A stretch of 62,867 nucleotides of DNA, filler included, from Bipalium vagum (GCA_037834085.1; 3 parts of 3 records of this genome joined end to end with filler, not necessarily neighbours in it), one strand, 5' to 3'; positions 25,251-38,995 are shown, numbered from the whole stretch's first letter. The notes: a model not told the origin generated them from the letters alone. Program-made: numbers and translations.

Positions 25251-27010
25251 TTTTCCCATCAGTCAGTCGCTTTATCTTGTCAGCATCGACAAAATCCATC
25301 TTTAAATTTTCTAAATCATTTTCTTCACGTACTGACTTTCAAATCAACTTTTGTAATAAGTTGGTTGAAATGAGTAGGTGTAATTCTGACATAGATGATT
25401 TTGTAATTTTGCAATTAGACAGGACGAAGTGTTTGTTTTTCCAAATATACATAATAAATTCTCGAATCCTTTAGTTCGGAATTTGTGACAGAAAATAATT
25501 GCATGATTACTGAGTAATGTTTTTCGTCGCGTAGAAAATCGAATAATCGCGACCCTCTATTTCCTTTGTCTATTGCCAATAGTTCAATGCCAAAAGCTGT
25601 TTTATTTACATTGAACATGAGTTTAAATCTCTGTTTTTGAATCGGTAATGATTAAAAAGGTTGATTATGTTAGAAAAAGTTAACTTTTAACTTTTGATGA
25701 TCATGAATCCATTTAAATGTTTATTTTTAAAAAATAATTTATAACGATGAATTAAAGGAAATATTTAAAAAGGTTGCGATTTGGACAAAGTTTTTAGCAA
25801 ACCTTCAGTGAGAGAGTGCGTGATGAGGATAGATTTACGGAATACTTTTGTGGGGCCTCTTTATCTTTGGTGATTTAGCCATACTCATACAACAAGCTGT
25901 GGCTGATGCGAGTATTTGTAATACTTTTAACCATAATTTTTCCAAGAGGAAATAAAGAATTATTATTTAAATTTAAATGTGATACATAAATTGTTTTTTT
26001 CAAACAAATATAACATACATTTTAACAAAGAATTTCAAATTGATTTAAATTGATTTTATTAAAAAACATTGAAGTTTTGCAATATAAAGAGTGGATAATT
26101 AAATTGGATCCCTAAGATATATATGCTAATAATGTAACTAAATGATTAATTGAATTTTTTTCCTTAAGAACATAGATAGAAAATGTATTATATTTTGAAA
26201 AAAAATGCTTTATTCTTAATTGTTGGTAGAGGAGATTGTTTTTCAGTCAAAATTAGCATAAAAGATCATCCATACGTACCGAAAAATCATATATTTTCAC
26301 ACCAAGAAACAAATAAAATAATATTCATGTTATGAAATCCATACCTCATGCTACAAAATTGTATCTCAATTTGATGGTCTTCGTGATGGTCAGTGAAATT
26401 TATGTTGAATATTTTATTACTTTTAAATTTATACATTTTATCACACACGTTACAGTTTTGATGATGAAGGCATATTTAATTAGAAGAGAATGGCCAAATA
26501 TCCGAAAATTCTAAAAATGTTTCTTCTTCTTAAGGTCAATACAGTTAGACCAATAGTGTTTTTTGGAAATCTTTTGTTGCATGCCTTCGTTTAATCTTGT
26601 ATTTTTGAACAATTTTTATGGTTATGGTTTTAATAAAAATTAAATTGTTACTCTAGACTTACTGATCTGAGGTTATTGGGTGGTGTTTAATTAAATACAC
26701 AGAGTAATGTTGACCCATGTAATATTAAATCTAAACAATGTCTCTGAATCAGGAACAGTATTTTTAATGTACAAACATTCCTTCACAAAACACATGTTAG
26801 AAATTAATTAGTCTTGCTCAATTGTACAATTGATTTATTTTTATGAATCACATTTCCTTTTTGAGGGACTTGGAAAGATTAACAACAGATCAGAATAAAG
26901 TGGTTTGACATGTTTAAATTTTATTCAAATTTATTAACATTACATATTATCCTATGAGGGGAATAAAAAAAATATATTCAATGTTAAAACATTTCATTCA
27001 TCCTTCTCAC

Positions 27011-30000
27011 CTGCAACTCCTTCAAAAGTGTTAGCTTCAACATTCAAAATTATGGATGCAGAGCTGATACAATTTCGGACTTCAAAAAGAGAGTACAGTG
27101 ACAAGCTGGCAACGTGTGGTTTAGACCAACGTTCACCTCCTTCTTCTACATCTTCTTCAAATTTTATCCACCTTTTATTAATCAATATTACAGAAAATTG
27201 ATGTTTAGTAAAATGAACCTCGCCGTTTCTTTCCATTCGGGTTCTCCTTCGCATTCTAAACGCATCTCGTGCATCTCGCAATATAAATTGTGTTTTTCTT
27301 CATCATCATCTTCACCAAGTAGAAACATTACGTGTTGACTGGGATCAGTAGCTGTGAAAAATGAAATTGATTTTCGTAGATAAAACTCTTTGAATTTTGT
27401 TATTGCACATTTATGGGATTTATATTTATTTACAAATATCAATATTTATATTTAATAATTCAAAAATAATCGAAAATCTTAGAAAAACTGATGCTGACAA
27501 AAAAACTTAAGATCAATAGACAAAACTATATTTCAGAGAATATTGAGGATTTCAGAGAATATTGAGAATTTAAATCGATTTTTTGTCCCCTTTTAAAGAT
27601 ATTAAGACTGCCTGCCTCTGTTCAAGGTATTCTCAATCAAAATTATTTGTCTGAACAAAATTTAATGTAATTTTAAAGACTCTGAATTATTCTGAATTTT
27701 ATGGAAATAAAATTCATCTTACACTCATAAAAATGTGTAATCATTTCATCCATTCAGAATCATCAGTCGTTAAAAATAAATTAAAATGAGCTTTTTAAAA
27801 CATAAAAATAACATCAGAGGTCATATTATGCAATTTTTAAACTTGCATATAATAATAAATTAAAATTAATAAAATAAAACAGCAAAAAAATATTATTATA
27901 CTACTAAATAAATTTTTCATAAACAATTATTAAAGGTTAACAAAATTATTAAGATCCAACACTTTGAAAACAGAGGATAATTAAAGATTCGTTCTCTAAA
28001 GTTCTGAATGGTTAATGAATTATAAATGTCTGTAGTCAGGTGAGAAATTGTTCCTTTCAACAGCTCTATCAATTTATTCGTAAAGCTGAAATCTTAAAAT
28101 AAAATATGTTCAAAAATAATAATTGATGTAACAAAAACTTTGAGGAAAAACACTGAAGCCCAAAATAACCACATGCTTTATTGTATATACATGCTTATAT
28201 ACATGCTATAATTTATAAAAATTTGTGTTATTAAGAAATACAGAACATATTGTTAACATAAAATTTATTACTACTGTATTAAACAAAAATGGGACACCAT
28301 TTCCAACATTTATTTTTATTTTCTTGCAGAAGTTGCAGAACTTCAAGAAATCTGTGATGTGTACGGAGAATTTACAATTGCGTGGAGCACAGATAAAGTA
28401 TGGTACACAAATTCGATAAAAGAAATTTACATCTTCAAGATACACCTAATAGCGGTCGCCCATTCATATTCGATGAGGAAAAAGTTAACGTGATATTTAT
28501 GGAGAATAGCTAAATGTGTCAGAGGTGTTCTCCAAAAGCTCCAGTGAGAGGTTCTTATTTTAATACATTATCCATATTCTTAGGACCTATGTGATTTTTA
28601 TCTTTTCCACTCGATGTACAACCAAATGGTGGGGCTTAAATACCATAATATAGGAGGACCTTAAAAGTGGCTAAACAACTTCGTTGAGACTAAGCTCAAA
28701 GACCTCTAAGTCGTGGAGTAGACAAACTGGTGAACAGGTGGATCTATTATTTGGTCTTTTAATTAGGAAACTTTAGAAGAATAGAAACATTGGCTTATAA
28801 AATCTTGGGATTTTGGATAAGAAAAATTGAGTTTGGGTAAAACTCTACTTTACTTTGGTTTTCTTCAAAGTTTTTAAGGTTTTTGATTCTTTAATGATAT
28901 TAGAAAATTTAAACAGGAAAAAATAATTTTTGGAAATAATTTATAAAAATATTTTTCTTTGTATTGAGCGGACATTTTTTCTAATGTTTTGGGTTTTAGA
29001 TAAGTATTGATGTAAGAAATCTAAAATAACTAGAATTTTTAACGTTTCATTCGTCTATTACCATTTATTTAACCAAAAACAAAATAAATTTTAAAAATTA
29101 GGTAAGATGAAGTTTTCAAACAACTTTGTTTCGCAGGTGTAGATACACTTATTAAATATATCTGATTTAGTTTCAATTGTTACATCATATTTTTCAGAAA
29201 ACAGTGATTTAGAATTAACGAATTTGAAATGTAAAAAGTGAACCAGAAATATTATTAAATCAATTGTAAAAACATTTCAAAATTTTAATGATAAATAATA
29301 TCCATCAAAAGGGATTGAAAACTTACGATAATCCTTTTTATCGCTTTGTACCTGTTTTGGTCTTCTACGCCTTTGTCGATGTTGTCCAATTGGGTCATAT
29401 ATTCTATCAAGAGGTAAATTAACACCAATATATAAACTCCTTTGAGATCGGTGATCTATCATATTAAAGGTTTTAGATAATAATAATAATAATAAAAAAA
29501 AATAATTTATTGAAACAATTTGGAACATTTAATATTGATCAAGATTTATGGGAAAGCATAAGATCAATGAGAGCCACTTTCAGGTTTCTCGTAAATTAAG
29601 AACCGCAATATAATATTTAAGTACAGACATCACAAAAAGATAATGGTTTCTGTGAGGTGGAATATGAATGGTACCATTTATTTTGAAATGTTAGGATGAA
29701 ATCAGACCGTAAATGCAAAATTATACTGCCAACAATTGGAGCTGGTGTCAGATGCGATTGCACAAGTGTCAAAAGTGAAAAAAATAATTCTACTCCACGA
29801 TAATACTAGACCTAATATTGGTCAATTCACCCGTAAAAATTCGTCAGTTGAGGTAAGACGTTCTCCCAAACTCGCCTTATTCACCAAATCTGGCTCCAAC
29901 AGATTTCTATTTATTCTGGGCTATACAGAACTACCTAAATTCTAAGACGATTGCAAATGATGATGAGTTAAAAGCAGCACTTGGTGATTTTTTTTGAAAA

Positions 30001-31926
30001 CCAGTCAAGGGATAAATGAACTGCCACATCGTTGGAAGCAAGTGATAGAGAAAAATGGTAATTATAATACTGACTTATATCTACTTTGTTGTTGTAATAT
30101 TACATTGTATTATAAATTTTTCATTTCATATTCGTCTTATATTCATTTTTTTCTATGAATAAGTTTTGGCCGGAAACTTTGTTTCAACCTTATAGTAATC
30201 ATTCTTAAATATTAGGTTGTCCAGAAAGTCGTTTCGGTTTTTGCATTATGAGAAATGTTAATAATTTTCTGGTATGTATGAGTACAACAAACAATTTTAT
30301 TATTATAGTATTTTTTTGAAAATGCAAAATCAAAATTAACATTTTTACATATTGTACTTTATTAATTTAAAAAAGGCAAAACAGTTGCAGAGTCTATATA
30401 GAGTCTATGAAAAAGATGGAATAATAGAACGCACTTGCCAAATTGAGTTCCAGAACTTTCACGATTCAAGATGTATCACGTTCTATTAGGCCATTTCAAC
30501 TTAATGAAGACCAATTAAAATCAATATAAAAAACGACTGGCATATTACAGTTCATGAGATCGCAAAGAAGTTGGATTCGTCGAAAACAATTATTGATGAT
30601 CATTTAACAAATCTGGGATATGCAAAAGAGCTTGAAATTTGGGTACCACATAAACTGGGTGAAATTCAGTTAACTCCACGTATCAATATTTGTGTAATGC
30701 TCATCAAACGAAATCAAAGCTAGCCATTTTCGAAAAACCTGTTAAAAGATGAGGACAATAGAAATGTATAAAATAATGTTCATTGCAAAACACCATGGTC
30801 AAAGTCCAGTGAGACCAGTCAAAGAATATCAAAACCTGATACCCACCAAAAAAGACTATGCAATCCATATGATGGAATTAAAGGGTATTATATACTTAGA
30901 GGTTTTGCAGCAGAAACGCTCGACGCAGAAATGTCAACGCAAGTCCCCATACTACTTTGGTCAGAAATTGGTGGAACTTGGTTGGGCTACGCCAACACAT
31001 GATCTTTACAAAATTCTTTGACTTGGAAAACACCTGCCTCAGGTGACATCATAAAACTTACTTGGATTTCTTTGATGGAAAAGATATAAAATTTTATCAA
31101 GCTGGACTAATGAAATTAACTGAGAGTTGGGAACTCATTGTTGAACAAAATGGTCAATATTTAATATAATAAAATTTTATATTCGTACAGAATTTTGTGA
31201 CTTTTTATGTTATAGTAATATCCTAATATTTTATTAAAAAAGTAAAAAATATTTCTTTTTTTCTAAATTTCAATTGGAAGCGTTGATATTTAACCAAAGC
31301 CAAATTCGAGAAAAACGCTATTTCAAAAATGAATCTAAAATTAAACAAAAAGTTGATATATTTACTGAATAAAACGTGAAGTAGAAATAAGGTAAACAAT
31401 GTAGAGAACTTAAGAGTTATTGACCCAAAATATTTTTTCCCAGAAAAATGGATAAAAATTTCTATTTTATCCAATTATAGTAATAATTCAATTTCATAAG
31501 ATGTAATAGGATATATAAATAAATTCGTTTTTAGAGTTAAAGAAACAATTAATAATCTAAGCATGAACCGATTCTTTAACGGTATATATTATATTAAAAT
31601 AAGTACACTCACTAAAATTGAAATTTAAAAATAATAAACATTTTCAAAGGAAAAATCAGAAAATAAGAACATTTAAATATCGATATTAAAATAAATTTAT
31701 TTTTATTTACTTTTCAATGATAAAAAATATCAGTACAAAAATACAAAATAAAAGTTATATGTAAACATAAAAAAGGATATTTATAAGAAAGATTTCTTTT
31801 TTTGCAAATAAGCAAAGTTTTATAGTCAAATTTAATTTAACCTTCAATTTCATCTTCTGATGGCTGATAATGAGTAAAAAGAAAACCACGATCCAGAATG
31901 GGTTCGTCTCCAACAGTGATATCCAT
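27011..31926 (-). CDS. SLC4A: SLC4-family bicarbonate transporter (NBC/NDCBE-like), first four exons: 31926-31842, 29455-29327, 27351-27219, 27171-27011
   Basis: Phase-consistent GT-AG splicing gives [91 protein letters not shown], the Band-3-like cytoplasmic N-terminus. Later exons not found. Confidence 0.85.
28200..28760 (+). mobile_element. Internally deleted mariner in an SLC4 intron
   Basis: [19 protein letters not shown], then [12 protein letters not shown]. Confidence 0.7.
29545..30193 (+). mobile_element. Mariner 3' half
   Basis: [38 protein letters not shown]; TIR-like ..gtttcaaccttata. Confidence 0.8.
30210..31200 (+). mobile_element. Decayed mariner
   Basis: Left TIR tattaggttgtccagaaag; [35 protein letters not shown]. 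Confidence 0.8.
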
Positions 31927-32289
31927 TTTTAGCAAGATTATTTTACTTCAATTAAGAATGTAAAGCAAAGCTCATATAAAGTCTAGAATTTTAAAAATAA
32001 TGTTACACAATAACTATTACGTATCCTTACTTTGAATAAATTAAGCTTTCAATTCAATTTGAAGACTAATTAAATATATGAATATTATTACAAATAAACA
32101 AGAATATTTATTAATTTTGTTCATAAATAATAGCAAATAAATATATTGAAAAACGTCATTTCATTATTATTATTTTTAATAATAATAATAATATTATTAT
32201 TTATTTATTATTATTATGAAATGACATTTATGGTATTTAGCTTGCTTTAATTATTATTATTCAAAATGATTTAAAGATTTATAAATATG

Positions 32290-32630
32290 TAAAATATATT
32301 TCAAAAGATTTAAAAGATAGACATTGGTGATGTTGAAATGATAAATGAAATAAACCAAATTCAAAAACTTGAAAGAGCAATAGTAAAATTAATTATGAAA
32401 GGTAACATAGTTTTCGGATTATGTGTTCCAAGTGCTACTTAAATTAATGAAAATGAAAAACTTTATGAATTCAAAGAAAAATTAAAACCAGAAAATAAAA
32501 AGCAATTAGCAAATAAAATTCATAAAGAACTTAGAAAACCTTAATAGTATCTTAAAATTAAATTTTTTAATAAAGATGATATTTGGTCAGAAGATTTAAC
32601 ATTTGTTCCAGGAGAAAAATTTTATAAAAT
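32290..32630 (+). mobile_element. Polinton/Maverick remnant: PLA2-like ORF end plus integrase N-terminus
   Basis: SKDLKDRH..ERAIVKLIMKG..FG, then QLANKIHKELRKP..NKDDIWSEDL (LAxELHKP..DxWxxDL pattern). Confidence 0.6.
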
Positions 32631-32639
32631 AATTGGATT

Positions 32640-35600
32640 GGAATCAAGTAAATCTCCACATCAACTTCTCCTTTAATAATGATGGATGACTGAGCTTCTG
32701 GTAGAAATTCTTCGGCTGTTATTTCTTGTTACCGTTTTTCTAGTACTTACACTTTACCAGTAGATCCCAATCTGGTTGACAGTTGTTCGTGTATGAACAT
32801 AGCATCTTGAGTAATGTTCCATTAAAACTTTCTACTAGCCCATCCGTTTGCGGTCTATACGGTGTTGTATTAAGTTTAAGTATAGCGAATAAAACACATA
32901 TCTCTTTTAGTAATTCGCTCATAAGATTTGTTCCTTTATCCGTTAACAATTTCCTGGGAGCTCCATACCTATAAATAATTTCTCCTACAAAAATCTTTGC
33001 TATTGTTGCTGCCTTCTGATTTTTTCATCGCATAGGCTTCCGGCCATTTCGTGAAGTCATCACACATTACTAATATATATCGATTATCCTCTGTTGTTTC
33101 TGGCAATAGTCCTACGACATACATTGCTACCATCTCCATGGGTGCCAATAGTGCTCTGATTGATTTGAGCGGTACTTTTGTTCTTTTGCTCCTGTTCCTT
33201 TCTGTGTCTGACAGATCTTACATGATTGACACCAATTCCTAATGATTTGTTCCATCTTCGGCCAAAAATATTTTCTTGAAATTCTTGATAACGTTTTTCT
33301 TGCTGATAGATGTCCACCTAGTGCCCCGTCATGATATTGCATCATTATTGGATCCCTATCCTTACTAGGTACTACATAGCATAACTCTTTGTCTCTGATA
33401 AAATATAAAATGCCCTCTTTAATTTTAAATTTGTCTTTTAATTTCTCCCAACTCTCTTGCCAATCTTTCGGAACTTTTCCCGTCATACATTCCTTAATCA
33501 ATACTTAATCTTCATCTTCTTTTTAATTCTCTTCCCTAGATTGCCATATTTGGATAACGCAATATCGGTTCTCTAATTAATTGTTCTTTTAACTGTTCGA
33601 ATGCCTTTTGTTGTTAGTCTCCCCACATGAATTTGTTCACATGTTTTTCTATTATATTGACTACCTTTTCTCGCTTCACTTTTCGTTTAAGAGCCCTTGC
33701 TTTCCCTTTTAATAAATCGTTCAACGGTGCGGCTATTTTCGCGTTATTCTTAACAAATCTCCTACAATATCCAGCTAATCCAAGGAATTATCTGAATTCC
33801 TTTGTATTCTTTGGTATCGCAAAATTTGCTACTTTTTTCTTATTCTCTGGGTACGGTCGAATTCCTGATTCTGATACTATATGGCTTTTCCTTCGCTTTT
33901 TGCCCCTTCATACTTGGTTGGTTTTACTTTTAATCTCGCTACATTTAGTCTTTGCAAGACTGACGCTATGTCCTTTATGTGTTCATCTCCATTCAAAGAA
34001 AAGATTATCATATAATCTAAGTAAACCATTGCATGTTATACATCCATTAATATCAAGTTCATCAATTGCTGAAATGTTGCTGGAGCGCCTGTTGATCCGA
34101 AGGGCTTCTTATTGTATTGATATAGTCCTTTACTTGTTACGAAAGCAGTGATTTCTTTACTGTCTTCATCCATTGCCACCTGATTATATCCTTTTTGTAA
34201 ATCCATTACGGTAAATATTTTTGACCTTTTGATTTTATCAAACATCATTTCTATCACTGGTATAGGATACGTGTCTTTTCTAGTTACTTCATTAACCTTC
34301 CTATAATCAATACACACTCTGATTGACCCGTCCTTTTTCTTTACCATTACTACAGGTGATGTCCATGGTGAGGAACTTGGCTCGATAGTTCCCATCTTCA
34401 ACATGTCATTAATTTGCTGGTTTATTTCCTCTTCTAATCCGTATGGTTGTCTATAGGTACTGAATAGTATTTAATTGGTACTGAATCTGTCAAAATAATT
34501 TTGTGTTGGAGTATATGCGTAATCATCCTTCGCGAATACATGGTCAAATTTCCAAATTTCTCGCTGTCGTTCTGTCAAATTTGGGCTCGTTATATTGTTA
34601 GTTTATATTTCTTAATCATACTTGGTCGTAATACATTGATGAAATCTGCGTAAGGTTCATTTGTAAAAAGGCTGTAATTGTCCAATCTTCATTTTTGTGT
34701 ATAATTGTTTTTCTTTTACGTCAAAATTGACTACTCTTACTGGGATTTTTCCGTCCTTGATTTCCAGTACCTCATCTACTGCTCCATGTAACCATCGTAA
34801 TTCGATTCTTGGTTTGAAATACGCATACCACCTTTCCTTGAAACTGAAAATTTGGCCTCTTGGTCCTGGCTGCATATTGTGATTTACGTAATCTGTTAAA
34901 ATCTTATCACTAATAATTAATATCGTAGCTCCTGAATCTAATAACGCTGATATCATTCTTCCATTAATTTTGACTTTTATTACACTTTATGATATCTTCT
35001 CTTCATTTCTCCCCGGTAATTACTTTACTCATGCTTATCCGAGGCTTATATACTGGAATTCCTAACCTAGCTACTTTTTCCTCATCAAGTTCACGGTCTT
35101 GTGGTTTTTCTTCCAGTTTTTCATCTGCATTCTGCTCCTTTTCTGGTATTTCGTCTTATATGAATGGATCCAATGTCGGATAAATTGTTGGACGCAGCCC
35201 GATTAATGATATATAACGAACCGGCACCTTCGGTAATTTCCTATTAATCTTGAGATATTCACCGCTGACTGGCGCTGTTGGTATTCTCCGCTTTTTCTTC
35301 TTTATTTTTGGTCTTCGGGCTTGATGTGAGAAAAATCTAGATTCCCTTCATTACTACTAGTCGAACTTTCACATGTTTTTACCACCACTTCCAATTCGCC
35401 TTCCGGTTCCTCTGATTTTCTTTTGTGAAAAATGTTTTAAGCTTTGTTAGCTCCTTTCCATGGTGATGGGTAATAACAAACTTTGCTAGGAATGGTAAAC
35501 AAGCCGTAATCAATCTCCATGTGAATCATATAGTTCTATGTAATGTATATACCGACATTATTTGAGATAATCCCCATTTAATCAACATGAATATCGTATA

Positions 35601-38600
35601 AATTTCGATTATATCTGCCATGAAATTCTCAAATCCTGTAAACTTTCTCCATGTTTTTTCCAACAGTTTCATTATTGCTTTCTTGTAATGGTCTGGACTG
35701 AGTAAAATCTCATAATTTCTTTTATCTGCTTATCTTCCGTTCCCTTGCATCACCGCATCCACTAGATGTGTTAACACTCTTTCCCTTCTTTCTGGAAACA
35801 TAATATTCCTTCTAGCTTCTTCAATATCAGAGTCGTATATATTCCTCCTGAAGCCAATTCGTCGGAATCCTCATATTTTAGTTCACTCTCGATTTTTAAC
35901 AATTCTAAATTCTCAACCTTACTTGTTTCTTTTCGATGGGGAAGGGTGATCCATATATCCTGAGTTATTTTGTATATGGGTGACATTGCTGTTCCACATT
36001 CCAATATTTTTGGTTTTGTTTCTTTTTCTAACTAGCTTCGTGTGACTGGTGACACAAAAAGTTCTTCAGTTTCCCCATCATTGGTAGTTCGTTGGTGTGA
36101 TAACATTTTCCCTGTGATTGCGTTGAACACTTCCTCAAATTCTTGTAGTTGTACCATATAATCCGAATATGTAACTACCCAGGACACTTTCTCGACTTTT
36201 CTGTATTTTTCTCTACCACTGCAGGTACCGTCGTCTCCTATACTTCCCTCTACCGTTATGGTTTGTCGTGTTCTTACTCCTATTTTTCTCATCAATTGCC
36301 AGTCCTGCCGCAATTTGTAACTTTCCTGTTACAAAAGTTGATTCACAATTTTCCGAGTTTACAATTACTGGGACTGGTATGAGAATTGCTTCCAAAAATG
36401 CGGATCCACTGTGATCACCACAGTAGTACTTAAAAATCGCCTTCTTCACAATACATTCTTTAACAGTAGCCCTTCTGAATTTAGTCTCTTGATAGAGTTG
36501 TATTCCAATTTTCTACTCGTTAAATTTGTTGGATATGCCTATGAGGATTCTTCGAGGTCTACAAGCGAATAAATTTTCCCCATTTTTGGTTTTGTGCAGT
36601 CGTATGCTACCAATGCATTCGTTCTATTTATCATAATTAGGAAAATCATAATCATTATTAGCATCATTGGTAGTAGTGAATCATTTGTCGATCGTCTATC
36701 TCCCCTGGGTTGACTATTATCTCTTCTCGGATCTTCCTGTTACTCCTCCCGCTTTGTTCTTTGTCTAATTTTTGATTCCCTTCTTGGAGGTTCAAGTGAT
36801 TTTTCTGTGGTTGATCCAGCCTCTGGTTCTGATATTTGCTTTGCTCCAAATAAACTTCGCCATCTTTGGTTTAACTGCAATCTTCAATCATTTTATTAGC
36901 TCCTCGAATAAATGTTTCTGTATTTCGTCTCCCTGACTCCCGATTCATGTTGTCCGCTCTTTTTAAAATTAACGCAATTGACTTTTCTTTATCCAATCTT
37001 CCTTCACATAATTGCGCTAGCCATACGTCATCCATAAAATCTTCAATATGTGATAAAATTTTCGAAATTTCCAAAAATATTTCTATAGTTAAATTATTAG
37101 CCTTCATTGATGGATCCATTAATTCAATCAATCTTCGTAATCGCTCTTGATCTTCCTTTTGTGGCCTCATCATATACTTCTTCCTCATGTTGTTTCCTGT
37201 ATCGGTCGGGTAATCTCTGTCAATATTCCCTTCGTACAATTCTTTTAGTTTCTCTGCTAATTCCATAAGGATGTGGTTCATTTGGGTCCTTCCTTGGTCT
37301 CCCAACTGGATTACTTCCGGGTCTTGTTTCTCGTGGTCTTAGTTGTTCCTCCGGTCTTGAAATTTCTTCCCTTTAAGCTTCTTCTCGGGTTTGCTCTACT
37401 GGTGATATTTCTATTGGTCTTTGTAGTTCTTCTTCCTCGGATATTTCTTCTAAAACCACTGAATCAGGATCTGTAACTTCGGATCGTGCTGTTTCTGTGG
37501 CCATTTCCGGTGGTTTCAAATTTCTTTGGCCAGCTTGGTTGATTAATTCTTCATAACTGTTTCCGGCTAGTACTGTCCGTCCATTGCTATCTACCTGAAG
37601 TGCAACGATTACTGTTTCTTCATCTGCATTGCATCCACAGTCCAAAAAGTATTCGTCGTCTAGCTGATATTTATTCCAGAAAATTACAATGATCCATTCC
37701 CTACCCATTAGTTAAGTTGCTTTTTCTCTTCCTGCACGAACCCTTGCACAATAATGAAGTTCTATGGTCGCTTCTTCCCATCTAACCATTTTCAATTTGA
37801 TTTTTATTGGTGGCTGATCGATTCATATTAACCTCATATATCTTCCGTATCTACCGATCACGGATCTGATATCTGCCTACTGAACACCAAATTCTCTTAT
37901 ATGTAGTTTTATTACTTTAACTATTTTTTCACGAATCATTGGAGTGACCTCCAGATCCGATACCTGACTTTACAAATCCATAATTCTTTCTTTGTTTCTT
38001 GGCGTTCTTGCGAATTACTGTTTTAGTACCTCTGGAAGTTAACATCTGTTTTCTCTTCTAGCGAATCGTTTCTGGTTAATATCTTAATTTCATTTTCCTG
38101 TGATTTGATTATTGATATCGTTTTGTGTCTGATTACCCTGGTCAATGTATTCATTCTTCGTTTTCCGCCCTCAATTTCTCCGTTTCATCATCGTCTTCAA
38201 TATTCCTTACCATGTTTATTTTCGCATTACCGAATGCCAACCTTTTAACCACCTTTGGTGACGTCTTTTCACTAAGACAAAATTTTACCATATTCTCATA
38301 CTGCTTGCTTTTAAAGCATTGTACTTTCCCATCGATGTTTACATTATCTCTTTGAGGGGAATTCTTCGCATAACACTTAACTTCCAAATGACCTCTTTTG
38401 TTGCAATACCTACAAATTTTTATTTTACACTCTTTTGCAAAATAACCTATTTCATTACAGTTTCCACAAATAATATCTGTATTCCGTCTCTTATCCTTAC
38501 CTGGACCAAATTCTGATTTCCTAGCTTTATATTGCTTCGCTAAATGCCCTGGCTTCTAACAATTAAAACATTTCTTTACCATTGGTCTCATTTCGCTTCG

Positions 38601-38995
38601 ACTCCATGTTTCTAGTGCTACTGCTGTCTCCTCTAACTGCTCCTATTTCACAAATCATCGTTGGGTTTCCTTTAATATTCATTTTCGCTTTTCTTGCCTT
38701 TTGCAGTAACTTTTCGAAATCCTTATAATCTGCCAATCCTAACGCTGTTCTTAATGATTGTAACATTCCAATGAAAAACTGATATTCCAATATCTTTTTA
38801 ATTGTTTCTGTCCACTGGTTTTTGGGTCCAAATGCTCTCTGTGCTAATAATTCTACTTGATTCATATATTCGCCTACTAACTCTTCTGTTCCTTGCTTCC
38901 TCTTGTAGAACATCTGCCTATTTACCCTACCTATATCTCCTGAAATTAGCTTCTTCGTCAATTCCTTAACTACTTCTGCCCAACTTGTTTTATTG
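32640..38995 (-). mobile_element. Decayed, rearranged Ty3/gypsy retrotransposon with env-like gene
   Basis: gag (RKQGTEELVGEY; CFNC*KPGHLAK near 38560), extra ORFs 37708-36670, env 36667-~35300, protease ALLDSGAT (34956), RT SPWTSPVVMVKKKDGSIRVCIDYR..PFG, integrase HHCC (YHDGALGGH..CQSCKICQ) and core LTDKGTN..TTPYRPQTDGLVE. Confidence 0.9.
35300..36667 (-). pseudogene. Chuvirus-like glycoprotein (env), frameshifted and internally deleted
   Basis: Signal peptide MMLIMIMIFLIMINRTNA, LVAYDC..YSLVDL, QLYQ..C..YYCGDHS, GDDGTCSG, FVSPVTR..C..P.Y, LASGGIYT, and hydrophobic C-terminal WRKFTGF..IFMLIKW..LH. Confidence 0.7.

Noticed and set aside
25290-25700. Minus-strand coding-like ORF remnant (MFNVNKTAFG..)
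   Set aside because: Not SLC4-like, interrupted by stops, no recognisable domain.
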